DNA from: Candidatus Bathyarchaeota archaeon
Lineage (GTDB): Archaea; Thermoproteota; Bathyarchaeia; Bathyarchaeales; Bathycorpusculaceae
Length of the DNA stretch: 64,000 nucleotides
Reading direction: 5' to 3'
NCBI GenBank assembly: GCA_022865455.1
Contig: JALHSY010000055.1
Span: 3,965 to 67,964, forward strand
Of this stretch, positions 9,130-18,007 are shown in pieces; position 1 is the stretch's first letter; the number at the start of each line of letters is the position of its first letter. Made by a program: the position numbers and the translations under genes. A model generated the notes under the pieces. The model was not told the DNA's origin. It saw only the letters and a list, made by a program, of their open reading frames with translations, and ran no database searches.

Positions 9130-12100
9130 TTAAGTTGCATCTATTTCGCCGGTAAAGAGCCTTGGTCTAAGATTCGGGTCTCTGATCATCTCCGCATATT
9201 TTTGATATATTTTTTCTGAAGTGGTTCGAGGCACTAGCTGAAGTGAGGTTTTGAAATGCTCTGGCGTCAAAACCATTCCCTCCGCCATTTCAACTACAGT
9301 TTCCCATAGTTTCTTTAAGTCGCTCATCGAATAATGCTCTGTTAGTCTTGCGATCTCTGTCAACAAGAGTTTGCTGGAACAACTCATTCCTCTAGCTAGT
9401 GTCTGCAAATATCTCAGCCTTGTTTCAAAGTCTGGAAGCGGGAAGTATGCAGTTTTTAGTCTTCTTGCGGCAGATTGAAAAATCTTGTACGGATCATTCT
9501 CTGCCGTTATGAAAACAATTCTGGCTTTTTCGTCTTTCATGATTCTATTGTATTCATCGTTAAGCACGCCGAGAATACCCTTTTGCTTTTCTTCCAGCAA
9601 AGAGTCCGCCTCGTCTATGAAGATGACTGCGGGCATTGCCTTCCAAGCGTTGTCGACAATCAAAGCAAATTCCTTTTCAGGCTTTTCAAGCTTGAGAATA
9701 TCTTTTGCATGAATTGTGACATAGCTCTTAATGATCTTCTTCCTCTTCAAATCCTCCAGGAGACGTGAAACTACGTAGCTTTTCCCTGCGCCAGCTATAC
9801 TGAAGAGATTCAGACCAGCATAACTGGCCAGATCACGTGGTTTTCTAATGCCAACAAAGTCTTGAATGATTTGAGCTAATTTTGCCCTAATTTTCACGTG
9901 ATTTCCAATATGTACGTTTACACCTTCGAGCAACGCTTTTAGATGAGAGGCCGCAAGTTCCACATCCCTTTCGTTGTTGAAGTGGTGAACACAGATTCTA
10001 ATACATGGAGGCTTACGCAAAGATCTTACAATGATATTTGACTTTCCCAACAAGGCTACTATCTTTTCATAAGTAGCATTTTCCTCGTTTCCTTGAATCT
10101 GAAGAATTAGCATTCCAGTCTTGGCCGCATCAGTCGGGTTTAATACTCTCCATTTTGTGTTCTTGATAGCGTCCTGAAATCTTTTAACAAGCTTTTCTTT
10201 CCATTTTGAGATTTCTGAGAAACGCAGTTTTGACACTGTCCCAATCGCTTCGCCTAAGCCGATAATTTTGGCAACATCTGCAGTGCCCAATTCATAAATT
10301 TGCCCATCACTCTTTTTGGGGGCATGTTTGGGGGAAACCGTGTAAGCCGTTGAGATTGGTAAATGGACTCCAAATGGGTTATCAGCTTCAAGGTTTTCTT
10401 CCTTAGAGTATAACAGACCTGTTCCTTCTGGTCCCAACAACCATTTATGCCCATCAAAAGCGTAAAAGTCGCACCCAAGATCTTTGACATTAACGCTAAT
10501 ATTGCCAACTGCGTGGGCTCCATCTACGAGAACAAACATCTTTCTACGCAAGCCTTTCGAAGCTTGCTGGCATTTCTTCACGATCTCTTTGATAGGCAAT
10601 TGCTTACAAGCACTGAACAGTATATGGCTTAGTATTATCAACCTTGTATGGGGGCCAATTCGGCTAATGAGTTTAGGAAGCCATTCCTTTCCTTCCAAAA
10701 TCTCTTTTTTGATTGAGGCAACGTCAAAGGTTTGGCCTAAGTGGTCTTCGTAGTACTCTTTGAGACGATAGACCACATTGTGTTCGAGATCTGTTGTCAG
10801 TACTTCGTCTCCTTGTTTGAGCACTCCTCTTAAAACCAAGTCAATACTTGAAGTCGTGTTATTGGTAAATATGATAGAGTCGCTACTCTCAGCTCCGATG
10901 AATTTCGCCACGAGACTTCTAGTTTGCTCGATTTTCTCCCCGAGTTCCTTTTCTAATTCTGTCCCTATTGGTCCTTCTTCGTTTCGACGCGCCAACCATC
11001 TTTCTTGTTCGTTCAAAACTGACTTATATGTAGAAGTCAGGCCCCCACTGTTCAAGAATATTCTGTAAGATTTCAGATTAAGGTGAGCGCGAGTCCCAAA
11101 TTTATCATAAGAAAACTCCTCTGACAGACGCACTCGCAGTCGATTTGCAATGCCCACATACTCCATAAGCTCTCCTATGTCTATCAAGTCTCTCTGCAAT
11201 TCCTTCTTCAAGCCCTTGCCTAATCGCAGGTTTTTTTCCTTGAGCTCCCCAAAAAGTGACTGCAAATCCTCAACAATCAAGTCAAAAGTTCTGGAAAAAC
11301 TCACCACTATCTCCTTGTAGTCTTTTGTGTCCAAGTCTATGATTCCATTCTCAACGAGCCAATCTTTCAAATCCTGTTCGTCATCAAACAGAAGCCGTAT
11401 GCAGGGAATAAGCTTGTGTTTTATCAGGAATTTGACGTCTTTCACTCGGTACATTAGCAGAAGTAGTGATCTCACCAACTCCTTGGATGAAGGAAATTGC
11501 TTCCCACAACTGGACAATATGTTGAAAAACGAACGGACTAGTTCGTCTCCCTCTTCAGTAATGGTCTGGAACTTTGATTTCAGTCCAGCAATTGCTCGTA
11601 TCTTGCTATAAAGAACTACTTCAAAAGTCGTGCATCTAGCGTAGAACTCGACTATCAAGCGTTGTATGTCTTCATTCGGCTCAAGCATGCCAAGCCTGTA
11701 CGGTTCAATCAGCTCTCCCACATATTCATCTTCATATTTTTTGCAGTCCATTAGAATATCAAAATATTTCTCTCCAATAGTTCTAGCTGTCTTTTGAACG
11801 TCAATCTCACTACTACTTTTCTTTGTGACCGCTGAAGATATGGCGCTTCTCAATTCAGCAAGTGCAAAGTCATACTTAGTCTTAAGGAGTGGGGGCAAGT
11901 GGTTTTCCAATTCGAGCAGAGAGTTGAGCAAGTACAGTGAATTTCCGAGAGTTGACAACTCATTTGCTAGTCTCTCTACAAGCTCAACGATATCGAAGAA
12001 TTCGTCTGGCGAAACTCCGTAATTCTTAACTTGTTTAAGGATAGATTCCGAAAAGGTGTCAGGATTGCAATCTTTTCTCAATCCTGGCTCGATTATATAT

Positions 12101-12618
12101 TCATAGAAGTCTAGGAGATCTGGTTCATTCCACTCGCTAATGAAACGTTCGGGATTTTCAACCTTGTAGTCAGATTCTCTCAGCCGTTTCAGGAATTTCT
12201 CTCTTTCGCCATTCTCTAGTTTCTGAAAGACAATTTGTCCTACGTATAAATATCCGATAACCTCGTCTGGCCATATCATTATTGGAAACAGAAGATTCGG
12301 AAATCCTCTCCCCTGGTGACACCTGTAGAAATACCCTTTCTTATGCGTTCTAGCCATGTGTGCGCCTTCAGTGTCTGAAAGCAAGCACTTGAGCTGAGCT
12401 TTTTCGTTCAAAGGGCAGTCAATCATGCTTTGGCAGACGTTTCCACCCAATTCTTCGGCTCTTCTCGCAAATACTCGTGTTTTTGGAAACTTTCCAGTTA
12501 TTGGTCTTGACTGAAGATCCTCAAAAACTACAGAAACTTTTCCCTTGAATAATCTCGCAAGTCTTTCTTGCAAGAACTCCAAAAAAGACCTGTCAAGAAT
12601 TGTTGTCAGATCAGTCAT
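9130..12618 (-). CDS. Multidomain protein: PocR-like sensor domain, helical region, class-V aminotransferase/cysteine desulfurase-like PLP domain, and C-terminal AAA+ ATPase
   Basis: Uninterrupted 1162-aa ORF. The N-terminus has YRCHQG..FPIMI..VIGYLYVGQI (PocR-like). The middle has IIFTNNTTSSIDLV, VDGAHAVG and FDGHKWLLGPEGTGLLY (PLP lysine). The C-terminus has Walker A SIAGAGKSY, Walker B VIFIDEADSL and AAA-type YFPLPDFETR. Confidence 0.85.
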   Translation of the reverse strand: MTDLTTILDRSFLEFLQERLARLFKGKVSVVFEDLQSRPITGKFPKTRVFARRAEELGGNVCQSMIDCPLNEKAQLKCLLSDTEGAHMARTHKKGYFYRCHQGRGFPNLLFPIMIWPDEVIGYLYVGQIVFQKLENGEREKFLKRLRESDYKVENPERFISEWNEPDLLDFYEYIIEPGLRKDCNPDTFSESILKQVKNYGVSPDEFFDIVELVERLANELSTLGNSLYLLNSLLELENHLPPLLKTKYDFALAELRSAISSAVTKKSSSEIDVQKTARTIGEKYFDILMDCKKYEDEYVGELIEPYRLGMLEPNEDIQRLIVEFYARCTTFEVVLYSKIRAIAGLKSKFQTITEEGDELVRSFFNILSSCGKQFPSSKELVRSLLLLMYRVKDVKFLIKHKLIPCIRLLFDDEQDLKDWLVENGIIDLDTKDYKEIVVSFSRTFDLIVEDLQSLFGELKEKNLRLGKGLKKELQRDLIDIGELMEYVGIANRLRVRLSEEFSYDKFGTRAHLNLKSYRIFLNSGGLTSTYKSVLNEQERWLARRNEEGPIGTELEKELGEKIEQTRSLVAKFIGAESSDSIIFTNNTTSSIDLVLRGVLKQGDEVLTTDLEHNVVYRLKEYYEDHLGQTFDVASIKKEILEGKEWLPKLISRIGPHTRLIILSHILFSACKQLPIKEIVKKCQQASKGLRRKMFVLVDGAHAVGNISVNVKDLGCDFYAFDGHKWLLGPEGTGLLYSKEENLEADNPFGVHLPISTAYTVSPKHAPKKSDGQIYELGTADVAKIIGLGEAIGTVSKLRFSEISKWKEKLVKRFQDAIKNTKWRVLNPTDAAKTGMLILQIQGNEENATYEKIVALLGKSNIIVRSLRKPPCIRICVHHFNNERDVELAASHLKALLEGVNVHIGNHVKIRAKLAQIIQDFVGIRKPRDLASYAGLNLFSIAGAGKSYVVSRLLEDLKRKKIIKSYVTIHAKDILKLEKPEKEFALIVDNAWKAMPAVIFIDEADSLLEEKQKGILGVLNDEYNRIMKDEKARIVFITAENDPYKIFQSAARRLKTAYFPLPDFETRLRYLQTLARGMSCSSKLLLTEIARLTEHYSMSDLKKLWETVVEMAEGMVLTPEHFKTSLQLVPRTTSEKIYQKYAEMIRDPNLRPRLFTGEIDAT

Positions 12619-12717
12619 CTGCAGTCACCTAGTAGGCTATAGATAGCTCCTGCTATTCCCAGTATAAGTCTTACGTGTAGTAAAGGCGAAAGTTGGAAGG
12701 CTCGTTGGATACTAAAA

Positions 12718-12742
12718 CTTAGGTCAATGCCCACGCTTGAAC
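12718..12742 (+). repeat. 25-nt direct repeat, right copy (CTTAGGTCAATGCCCACGCTTGAAC)
   Basis: See 8911-8935. It lies 100 nt upstream of the fusion-gene start, in the divergent promoter region. Confidence 0.7.
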
Positions 12743-12943
12743 ACACGCATCTGGCTAGGTCTAGCAAATTCCCAAAAGTTATCTCTCAGAACACTCATTA
12801 CTCATGTTTCATCTTCCAAACAGACGCAAGTGTCTTGCGCATTAGAAAGAGCAATCTCCCAACATAGTTGTTCCAGAAGTTGAGGATAATCAGCAAGAGT
12901 GAATTCTTTTAAATCAATTAGAGCATAGTATCGTCGGGTTGAC

Positions 12944-14011
12944 ATGACAAGAAGTTACGTGGTTCCCGATCCGCCAGAATTGATTTCCCAGATCAGTGAA
13001 ATTGTTGCCAGAATTCAGCCGTTATGGGACGCAAGAGACTTCAGAGCCACTGAACCCTTGTTCAGGCAATACTATGAGACAATGAGAGCTTGCGAAGAGA
13101 CTCTGCCCGAAGGCAAGAGGCTCCACAAGGGCGCACCTTTGCATAACTGGGGCATTTCAATATTGTTGCAGGAAGAACCCACAAGGATTCAGGAAGCTGT
13201 CGAGAAAATCTTCCTCGCTTACATAGAAGATTTGTTAGACTTTGATACTATTGACCAGGTTCACTCATCCTCTGCTTACAAAACGCTGTACACCAGTCCA
13301 ATTGGCGTGGATGCTTTATCCTCTGCTCAGACCATAGTGGAAGAACTAAGAAACGCTGGAAGAATTCCAAAAAACCCTGAAGAAGTCTTCACTGAAAGCT
13401 TGCGCAGAGAAACTCAACTGGGACTTCGACAAACAAATACCAAGAAACTCAAGACAGTCTTTGTAGTACATGGCAGGAACTTGAAAGCCCGAGACTCCAT
13501 GTACTCTTTCTTAAGGTCACTCGATATGAACCCGATAAACTTGGCGGAAACCATGCTTCAAAGTGGACTAGTAACTCCATATATAGGTGAGGTGTTAGAT
13601 TACGCCTTTTCCCTTGCTCAAGCCGTCGTGGTTCTCATGACGCCTGATGATGTTGGTTGCTTGCGAGAACCATTTAGAAAAGCTGGTGATCCGATTCATG
13701 ACACAAAATTCACACCTCAAGCTCGACTAAATGTGATTTTTGAAGCAGGTATGGCGATGGAGGGAAAGTTCCGTAAGAGAACGATATTAGTTGAATTGGG
13801 TCAACTTCGGCAATTGACTGACTTGGGTGGCCTTTTCATGGTGCGACTAGATAATTCAATTGAAAAACGTCAAGACCTTATAGCGCGACTGAAGAACTGC
13901 GGGTGTACGGTTAATGACACAGGTGACGGTTGGCGCCGAGCAGGGGATTTCGAAACGACTATAGTCCATAAGGAGAATTTCCTACGTCGATTCATGCTTT
14001 CGCACCTTTAG
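12944..14011 (+). CDS. CAP12/PCTIR-type TIR-like domain protein with N-terminal helical domain
   Basis: The C-terminal half has VFVVHGRNLKARDSMYSFLRSLDMNPINL...AQAVVVLMTPDD...ARLNVIFEAGMAMEGKFRKRTILV...LTDLGG. This matches the pattern of the predicted nucleotide-binding TIR-like family (PF10137-type). The N-terminal ~170 aa are helical and of unknown function. Confidence 0.75.
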   Translation: MTRSYVVPDPPELISQISEIVARIQPLWDARDFRATEPLFRQYYETMRACEETLPEGKRLHKGAPLHNWGISILLQEEPTRIQEAVEKIFLAYIEDLLDFDTIDQVHSSSAYKTLYTSPIGVDALSSAQTIVEELRNAGRIPKNPEEVFTESLRRETQLGLRQTNTKKLKTVFVVHGRNLKARDSMYSFLRSLDMNPINLAETMLQSGLVTPYIGEVLDYAFSLAQAVVVLMTPDDVGCLREPFRKAGDPIHDTKFTPQARLNVIFEAGMAMEGKFRKRTILVELGQLRQLTDLGGLFMVRLDNSIEKRQDLIARLKNCGCTVNDTGDGWRRAGDFETTIVHKENFLRRFMLSHL

Positions 14012-14236
14012 TTTATGCCATCACTACTGCATTTAACAGGCTGCAAAACGCACTCGCAGAGGGAGAGACAACGATGGACGAAATGGTTCTGTAAAGTCTT
14101 CGGTGAAAATCCGTGACTTCTCTTCCTTGTAAAAATTCGGTGAAACAAGCCCTATGCAAGTTTTCGGTTGATTTATATAAAGAGAAAAATAATAATGATT
14201 CTTGACAATTCTGATTGTCGAAGGACTTGAGAGATA

Positions 14237-14893
14237 ATGAGCAAACCAAAAAGAAACGATAGAAAGGTCGAGGTTACTGGCATTTCCTCAAGCGACTCCA
14301 TTAAGAGATACAAGACACTTCTTGAAAACGAGTTTGGTGCTTTTGACGTTGAGGATAAGGGAGAATATGTCTTACTGCATAAGAGAATCAAACTTCCCGA
14401 CAGGAAATTCATCAATATCATCGTATACTCTACTGATAGAATATGCGTTTCTGGTTCGGCATCCATAGATACTGGCGAATTTGGACAAAAAGCAACGAGA
14501 ATCGTTGAACTAGCTCAACAAGCCAACACACCTATTGAGGATGTAAGACCAATCTCCGTTCAAAGTGCCAAAGACATTCTGGGTTTTGCTAAAAACCTCA
14601 ACTTAGACAAGGACTATGAACGAATGATAGCGATTATTCTGTCAGATACTTCCAATGAAATTGTTCTTAGGGAGAAAATGAAGGCTTTCCAAATTGGGGG
14701 TACTGCTCTTGATGACAGCATTCCTGAGAAAATAAGAAGATTAAAAGAAAAAGGTTGCCAGATTGTTGAAGAAGCTGCAATAAAAAACCTTAGAGAGACA
14801 CGAAATAGGATTGTACACTACGGAGAAATACCCCATAAAGGGCAAGCAGAAGAGTGTTTGAAAGTAGCAGATCATGTGCTTCAATCGGTGTAA
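14237..14893 (+). CDS. Two-domain protein: RNase HIII N-domain-like (TBP-like) plus C-terminal HEPN (R-x4-H) domain
   Basis: The C-terminus has LRETRNRIVHYG, which fits the RNxxxH(Y) HepT/DUF86-style HEPN motif. The N-terminus has KVEVTG...IIVYSTDRICVSG, which resembles the RNase HIII N-terminal domain pattern. The stop lies 3 nt before the next gene. Confidence 0.55.
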   Translation: MSKPKRNDRKVEVTGISSSDSIKRYKTLLENEFGAFDVEDKGEYVLLHKRIKLPDRKFINIIVYSTDRICVSGSASIDTGEFGQKATRIVELAQQANTPIEDVRPISVQSAKDILGFAKNLNLDKDYERMIAIILSDTSNEIVLREKMKAFQIGGTALDDSIPEKIRRLKEKGCQIVEEAAIKNLRETRNRIVHYGEIPHKGQAEECLKVADHVLQSV

Positions 14894-14896
14894 AAC

Positions 14897-15550
14897 ATGG
14901 TTCTTGAAGGATTGAATGAATACGTTGCCTACATTGGGTCTGATGAAGCAGGCAAAGGTGAGTGGCTTGGTCCTCTTGTCGTGACGGCGGTTGCGTTATC
15001 AAAGCAACAACGTTCATATCTTGTTACTCAAGGAGTAATGGATAGTAAAGAACTTAGGCTTGATGTTATTGCTGAACTTGCGAAAATAATACAGAAGTCA
15101 TGCCTGTCTTACCATGTCGTCACTATTTCCCCACTTTCATTCAACGGTTTGATGAAAGAGGTAAAAGGTGAGGGACGGAGTCTAAACGACATTTTGGCAT
15201 GGGGGCACTCACAAGCAATCGGCGACGTTTTTGAAGAATTGACTAGAAACGGAATATCTGGTAAGATCAAGCTTTCAATCGATATGTTTGATAGGATAAA
15301 AACGGAAGACAGATTGAAAAGAATCATTGATTTGAGAAAATTCGATTTGGATCACCGACCCAAAGCAGAAAGCGAAACCTCTGTAGCAGCAGCAAGCATA
15401 GTCGCTCGGGCTGTGAGGGAACTTTGGATTGATGAAAAATCGAAGGAACTCCGTCTAGATTTGCGAAGGCTCTCGGTTAATGAAGCAATATCGCATTCTG
15501 ATGCTAATTCCTTTGCGAAGCTGAGTTTCTTGAAGCGCAGAAGACCCTAA
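14897..15550 (+). CDS. RNase HIII-type ribonuclease H catalytic domain protein (no N-terminal domain)
   Basis: Contains GSDEAGKGEWLGPLVVTAV, GVMDSKEL, AWGHSQAI and KAESETSVAAASIVAR. These match RNase HII/HIII catalytic motifs with the HIII-like KAES..AAASI.AR tail. Confidence 0.7.
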   Translation: MVLEGLNEYVAYIGSDEAGKGEWLGPLVVTAVALSKQQRSYLVTQGVMDSKELRLDVIAELAKIIQKSCLSYHVVTISPLSFNGLMKEVKGEGRSLNDILAWGHSQAIGDVFEELTRNGISGKIKLSIDMFDRIKTEDRLKRIIDLRKFDLDHRPKAESETSVAAASIVARAVRELWIDEKSKELRLDLRRLSVNEAISHSDANSFAKLSFLKRRRP

Positions 15551-15891
15551 TTTTGTTTGCTCGCATTTTGAATCAGAGTTATCCACTTGTTTTGACCTCC
15601 AATTTTTATTCCACAAGCTTCCGCTGGAGTCTTACCGTCTAAGCCTTCATGTGGTCTTATGAAGTTATGAAACATTTGGTAGCCCTTTAGAATTGGTGTG
15701 TCTTCTTTCTTCAAACCCCTCATGACTTTCTCTCTATCTCTCACTTCTCCATTAAACCGTTCCATTTTGTTGTTGTTTCTGTCTCCCTGAATAGTTATGT
15801 GCCTTACATGTTCTGTCCTTGTATCCTTCCTGAGATTCCAAAACTCCTTCTTGTAAGCATCGTGATAAGCTGGCAAACCATCCGTTATCAA
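15547..15891 (-). pseudogene. Truncated IS6-like DDE transposase (C-terminal half only)
   Basis: The 114 aa ITDGLPAYHDA...NNNKMERFNGEVRDREKVMRGLK...FIRPHEGLDGKTPAEA align with residues ~180-300 of the intact transposase at 18638-19579. It lacks the Zn finger and the first catalytic Asp. Confidence 0.7.
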
Positions 15892-16157
15892 GGTCCCTTG
15901 AAATAGAACTCGGCTGTGACCTTCTCCAATCTGCTAAACTTCTCTTTCAATTCAACCGTCTTACGCTCAATATCCGTTAATAGAGCATCATATTCATTAT
16001 CGGTTGATGCAAATTCATTTAGAGCCTGAAGTCTTCCTCGTGAGACTTTAGCCCCTGATTGAAGTTTTTCTTCTAACACTTTTTCTCTCTGTTCAAGTAA
16101 CTCAAATTCCTTCTTCAAGAATCCATATCTGCTCTCATAACGCTGTCTGGTTGACAT
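15888..16157 (-). CDS. Hypothetical coiled-coil protein fused or abutting the transposase fragment
   Basis: 89-aa ORF whose TGA overlaps the TTG of the transposase fragment. It does not resemble a transposase N-terminus. Confidence 0.35.
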   Translation of the reverse strand: MSTRQRYESRYGFLKKEFELLEQREKVLEEKLQSGAKVSRGRLQALNEFASTDNEYDALLTDIERKTVELKEKFSRLEKVTAEFYFKGP

Positions 16158-16202
16158 GACAACCTGTATTATGGAATAGACATAAAAAGTCTAGCCATCA
16201 CC

Positions 16203-16223
16203 GATACTGTTAAGTTATTTGTG
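16203..16223 (+). repeat. 21-nt repeat GATACTGTTAAGTTATTTGTG (copy A)
   Basis: Identical to 37044-37064. It is the reverse complement, with 1 mismatch, of 22161-22181. Confidence 0.75.
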
Positions 16224-16285
16224 GTGACCAAAAAGAGCCCTACATGCGACCAGAGTTTTCTAATGAGAGTCTTGTGAAACGTTGG

Positions 16286-18004
16286 CTATTTTGGAGATAG
16301 TGACCATGTATTGACTGCTAAATCAGCAAGTTTCTTCTGCCTTTCATTTATCTCGATTGGACTCCACAGAGTTTGTTCATTTGTGAGTTCGCAAATAAGC
16401 TGAGTTATTGCTAGTGGGCTTTTCTTGTATACAAGTCGTTTGGTCTGGAACGGAGCATTTCCAAAATCAGCGTTAGTTGTTGCGTTTAGTAAAGTCATAT
16501 TTCCGATTCTTTTGGTGTATGCATCTGCCGTTTCAGAATCAATATGTGGCCAATTGTTTGATCGTTCATACGGTAGGATATGTTCTAAGTTGAGAAAATC
16601 CGTATCTCGTTCTGGAACTAATTCTGGTTGAACATCCTTTCTCACGCAACGTTCTATTGCACGTAGATAGTATCGAGCAAGATTATGTTGTGATACTCTC
16701 GCAGTTGTAAAGGCTGTTCTAAATTCTTCGTCAGAAGGAATTACAGTCACTAAACTGTCTAGTAGTTCCTTTGTAGTCTTGATTTTGCCCATAGAGACGC
16801 TTAGAGCTTGATCTCCGTATGCATCTTCCAATTGTCCCCCCCTCATGCCACCAGAAATCAAGAATCTAACAGTCCAGCATATGAAGGAACGAAATGAAGT
16901 CAACGCTTCTGATGGCTCAAAATGCTTCGCAACAGCGAGCATTAATGGACGTATTTGTTGCACTTTCAATTCCCTAAGATTTGCAATACTTTCGCCGATT
17001 TGAGCTGGATAGCTATTCCACTTTTCATGAGTTGGAGTGAGTATTGCAGCATAACTATTTGCATAATCGGCAAGCTTGTCCAGAAAGCTAATTGCTTGAC
17101 CTCTACCTTGTACTTCTTTCTGAATCTTCTCGAATATTTCTTTTTCACGTGTTGGACCATACAACGTAATCATCAAGTGCCTCAGGTAAGTCATTACTAT
17201 GTCCTCAATGCCCAAAGTTTCCAGTATAGCAATCATTCTAGACCATTTTTGCTGTGCTTCTTGTATACGGTCACCTGCTTCATGGAAAAGAAAATTCTTA
17301 ACCAAATCAGCTTGAGAAGTCTTAAGACCACGATCATTTAGCGTTTCAAACATCATGAAGGCATTCACTTCATCAGGAACGGTCAGGTGAATGATAGTGG
17401 CTTTGTTGTCTATGAATTCTAACCATTCATTCAGGATGTCTTTAATGTTCCTGAAATCAGTCTGATTCTTCACTAAGTCTTGAACTAGACTTTCTGCTTT
17501 GTTTGCTGCAAAGTCGATTCGCTTGTGTGATTCTTTCTTTGGCTCAACAGACTGTCGTTCTTTAGCATTTGGTAGAGCAATTATGCGATTCTTAAAGTAT
17601 TCATTATCATCTGTGTTCAACGCCAGCTTAGGCACAGTTTCTACTTGTTCTCGATCAATTTTATACAGGTACTCTGTGTCAATGGAAGCTTGCAATGTTT
17701 CCTGTTTGTTCAAGTAAAAATAGTCCCTGATTGCTGCTAGTAGTATTGTCGTAGTTGCCAATCTTTGTTGTCCGTCCACTACTTCTGGAACGTTTTTTGA
17801 GCCCTTTGAAATCACGATTGTGCCGAGAAAATAGATAGATTGCTTATTTCTTATTGCATTCTGGAAATCTCGGAATAGATCGCCAATATGCTTGTCTTCC
17901 CATGAATATTCACGTTGATTAGGGGGAACTTTCAAGCGACCAGCTTTTAGCAATGTTCCAATCCCTTTAAACTCAAAAACTGAACTAGTCGTTATTTTCT
18001 GCAT
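16286..18004 (-). CDS. GmrSD-like DUF262/DUF1524 protein (type IV restriction-like nuclease)
   Basis: The N-terminus has PNQREYSW and VVDGQQRL (DGQQR ParB-like NTPase motif). The C-terminus has LNLEHILP...NMTLL (His-Me/HNH-like DUF1524). Confidence 0.85.
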   Translation of the reverse strand: MQKITTSSVFEFKGIGTLLKAGRLKVPPNQREYSWEDKHIGDLFRDFQNAIRNKQSIYFLGTIVISKGSKNVPEVVDGQQRLATTTILLAAIRDYFYLNKQETLQASIDTEYLYKIDREQVETVPKLALNTDDNEYFKNRIIALPNAKERQSVEPKKESHKRIDFAANKAESLVQDLVKNQTDFRNIKDILNEWLEFIDNKATIIHLTVPDEVNAFMMFETLNDRGLKTSQADLVKNFLFHEAGDRIQEAQQKWSRMIAILETLGIEDIVMTYLRHLMITLYGPTREKEIFEKIQKEVQGRGQAISFLDKLADYANSYAAILTPTHEKWNSYPAQIGESIANLRELKVQQIRPLMLAVAKHFEPSEALTSFRSFICWTVRFLISGGMRGGQLEDAYGDQALSVSMGKIKTTKELLDSLVTVIPSDEEFRTAFTTARVSQHNLARYYLRAIERCVRKDVQPELVPERDTDFLNLEHILPYERSNNWPHIDSETADAYTKRIGNMTLLNATTNADFGNAPFQTKRLVYKKSPLAITQLICELTNEQTLWSPIEINERQKKLADLAVNTWSLSPK

Positions 18005-18007
18005 ATA

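Noticed and set aside
12905-12943. A TTTAAA box ~30 nt upstream of the ATG at 12944, read as an archaeal TATA element giving a leaderless mRNA.
   Set aside because: It is plausible, but a single AT-rich hexamer in an AT-rich spacer is not evidence enough without transcript mapping.
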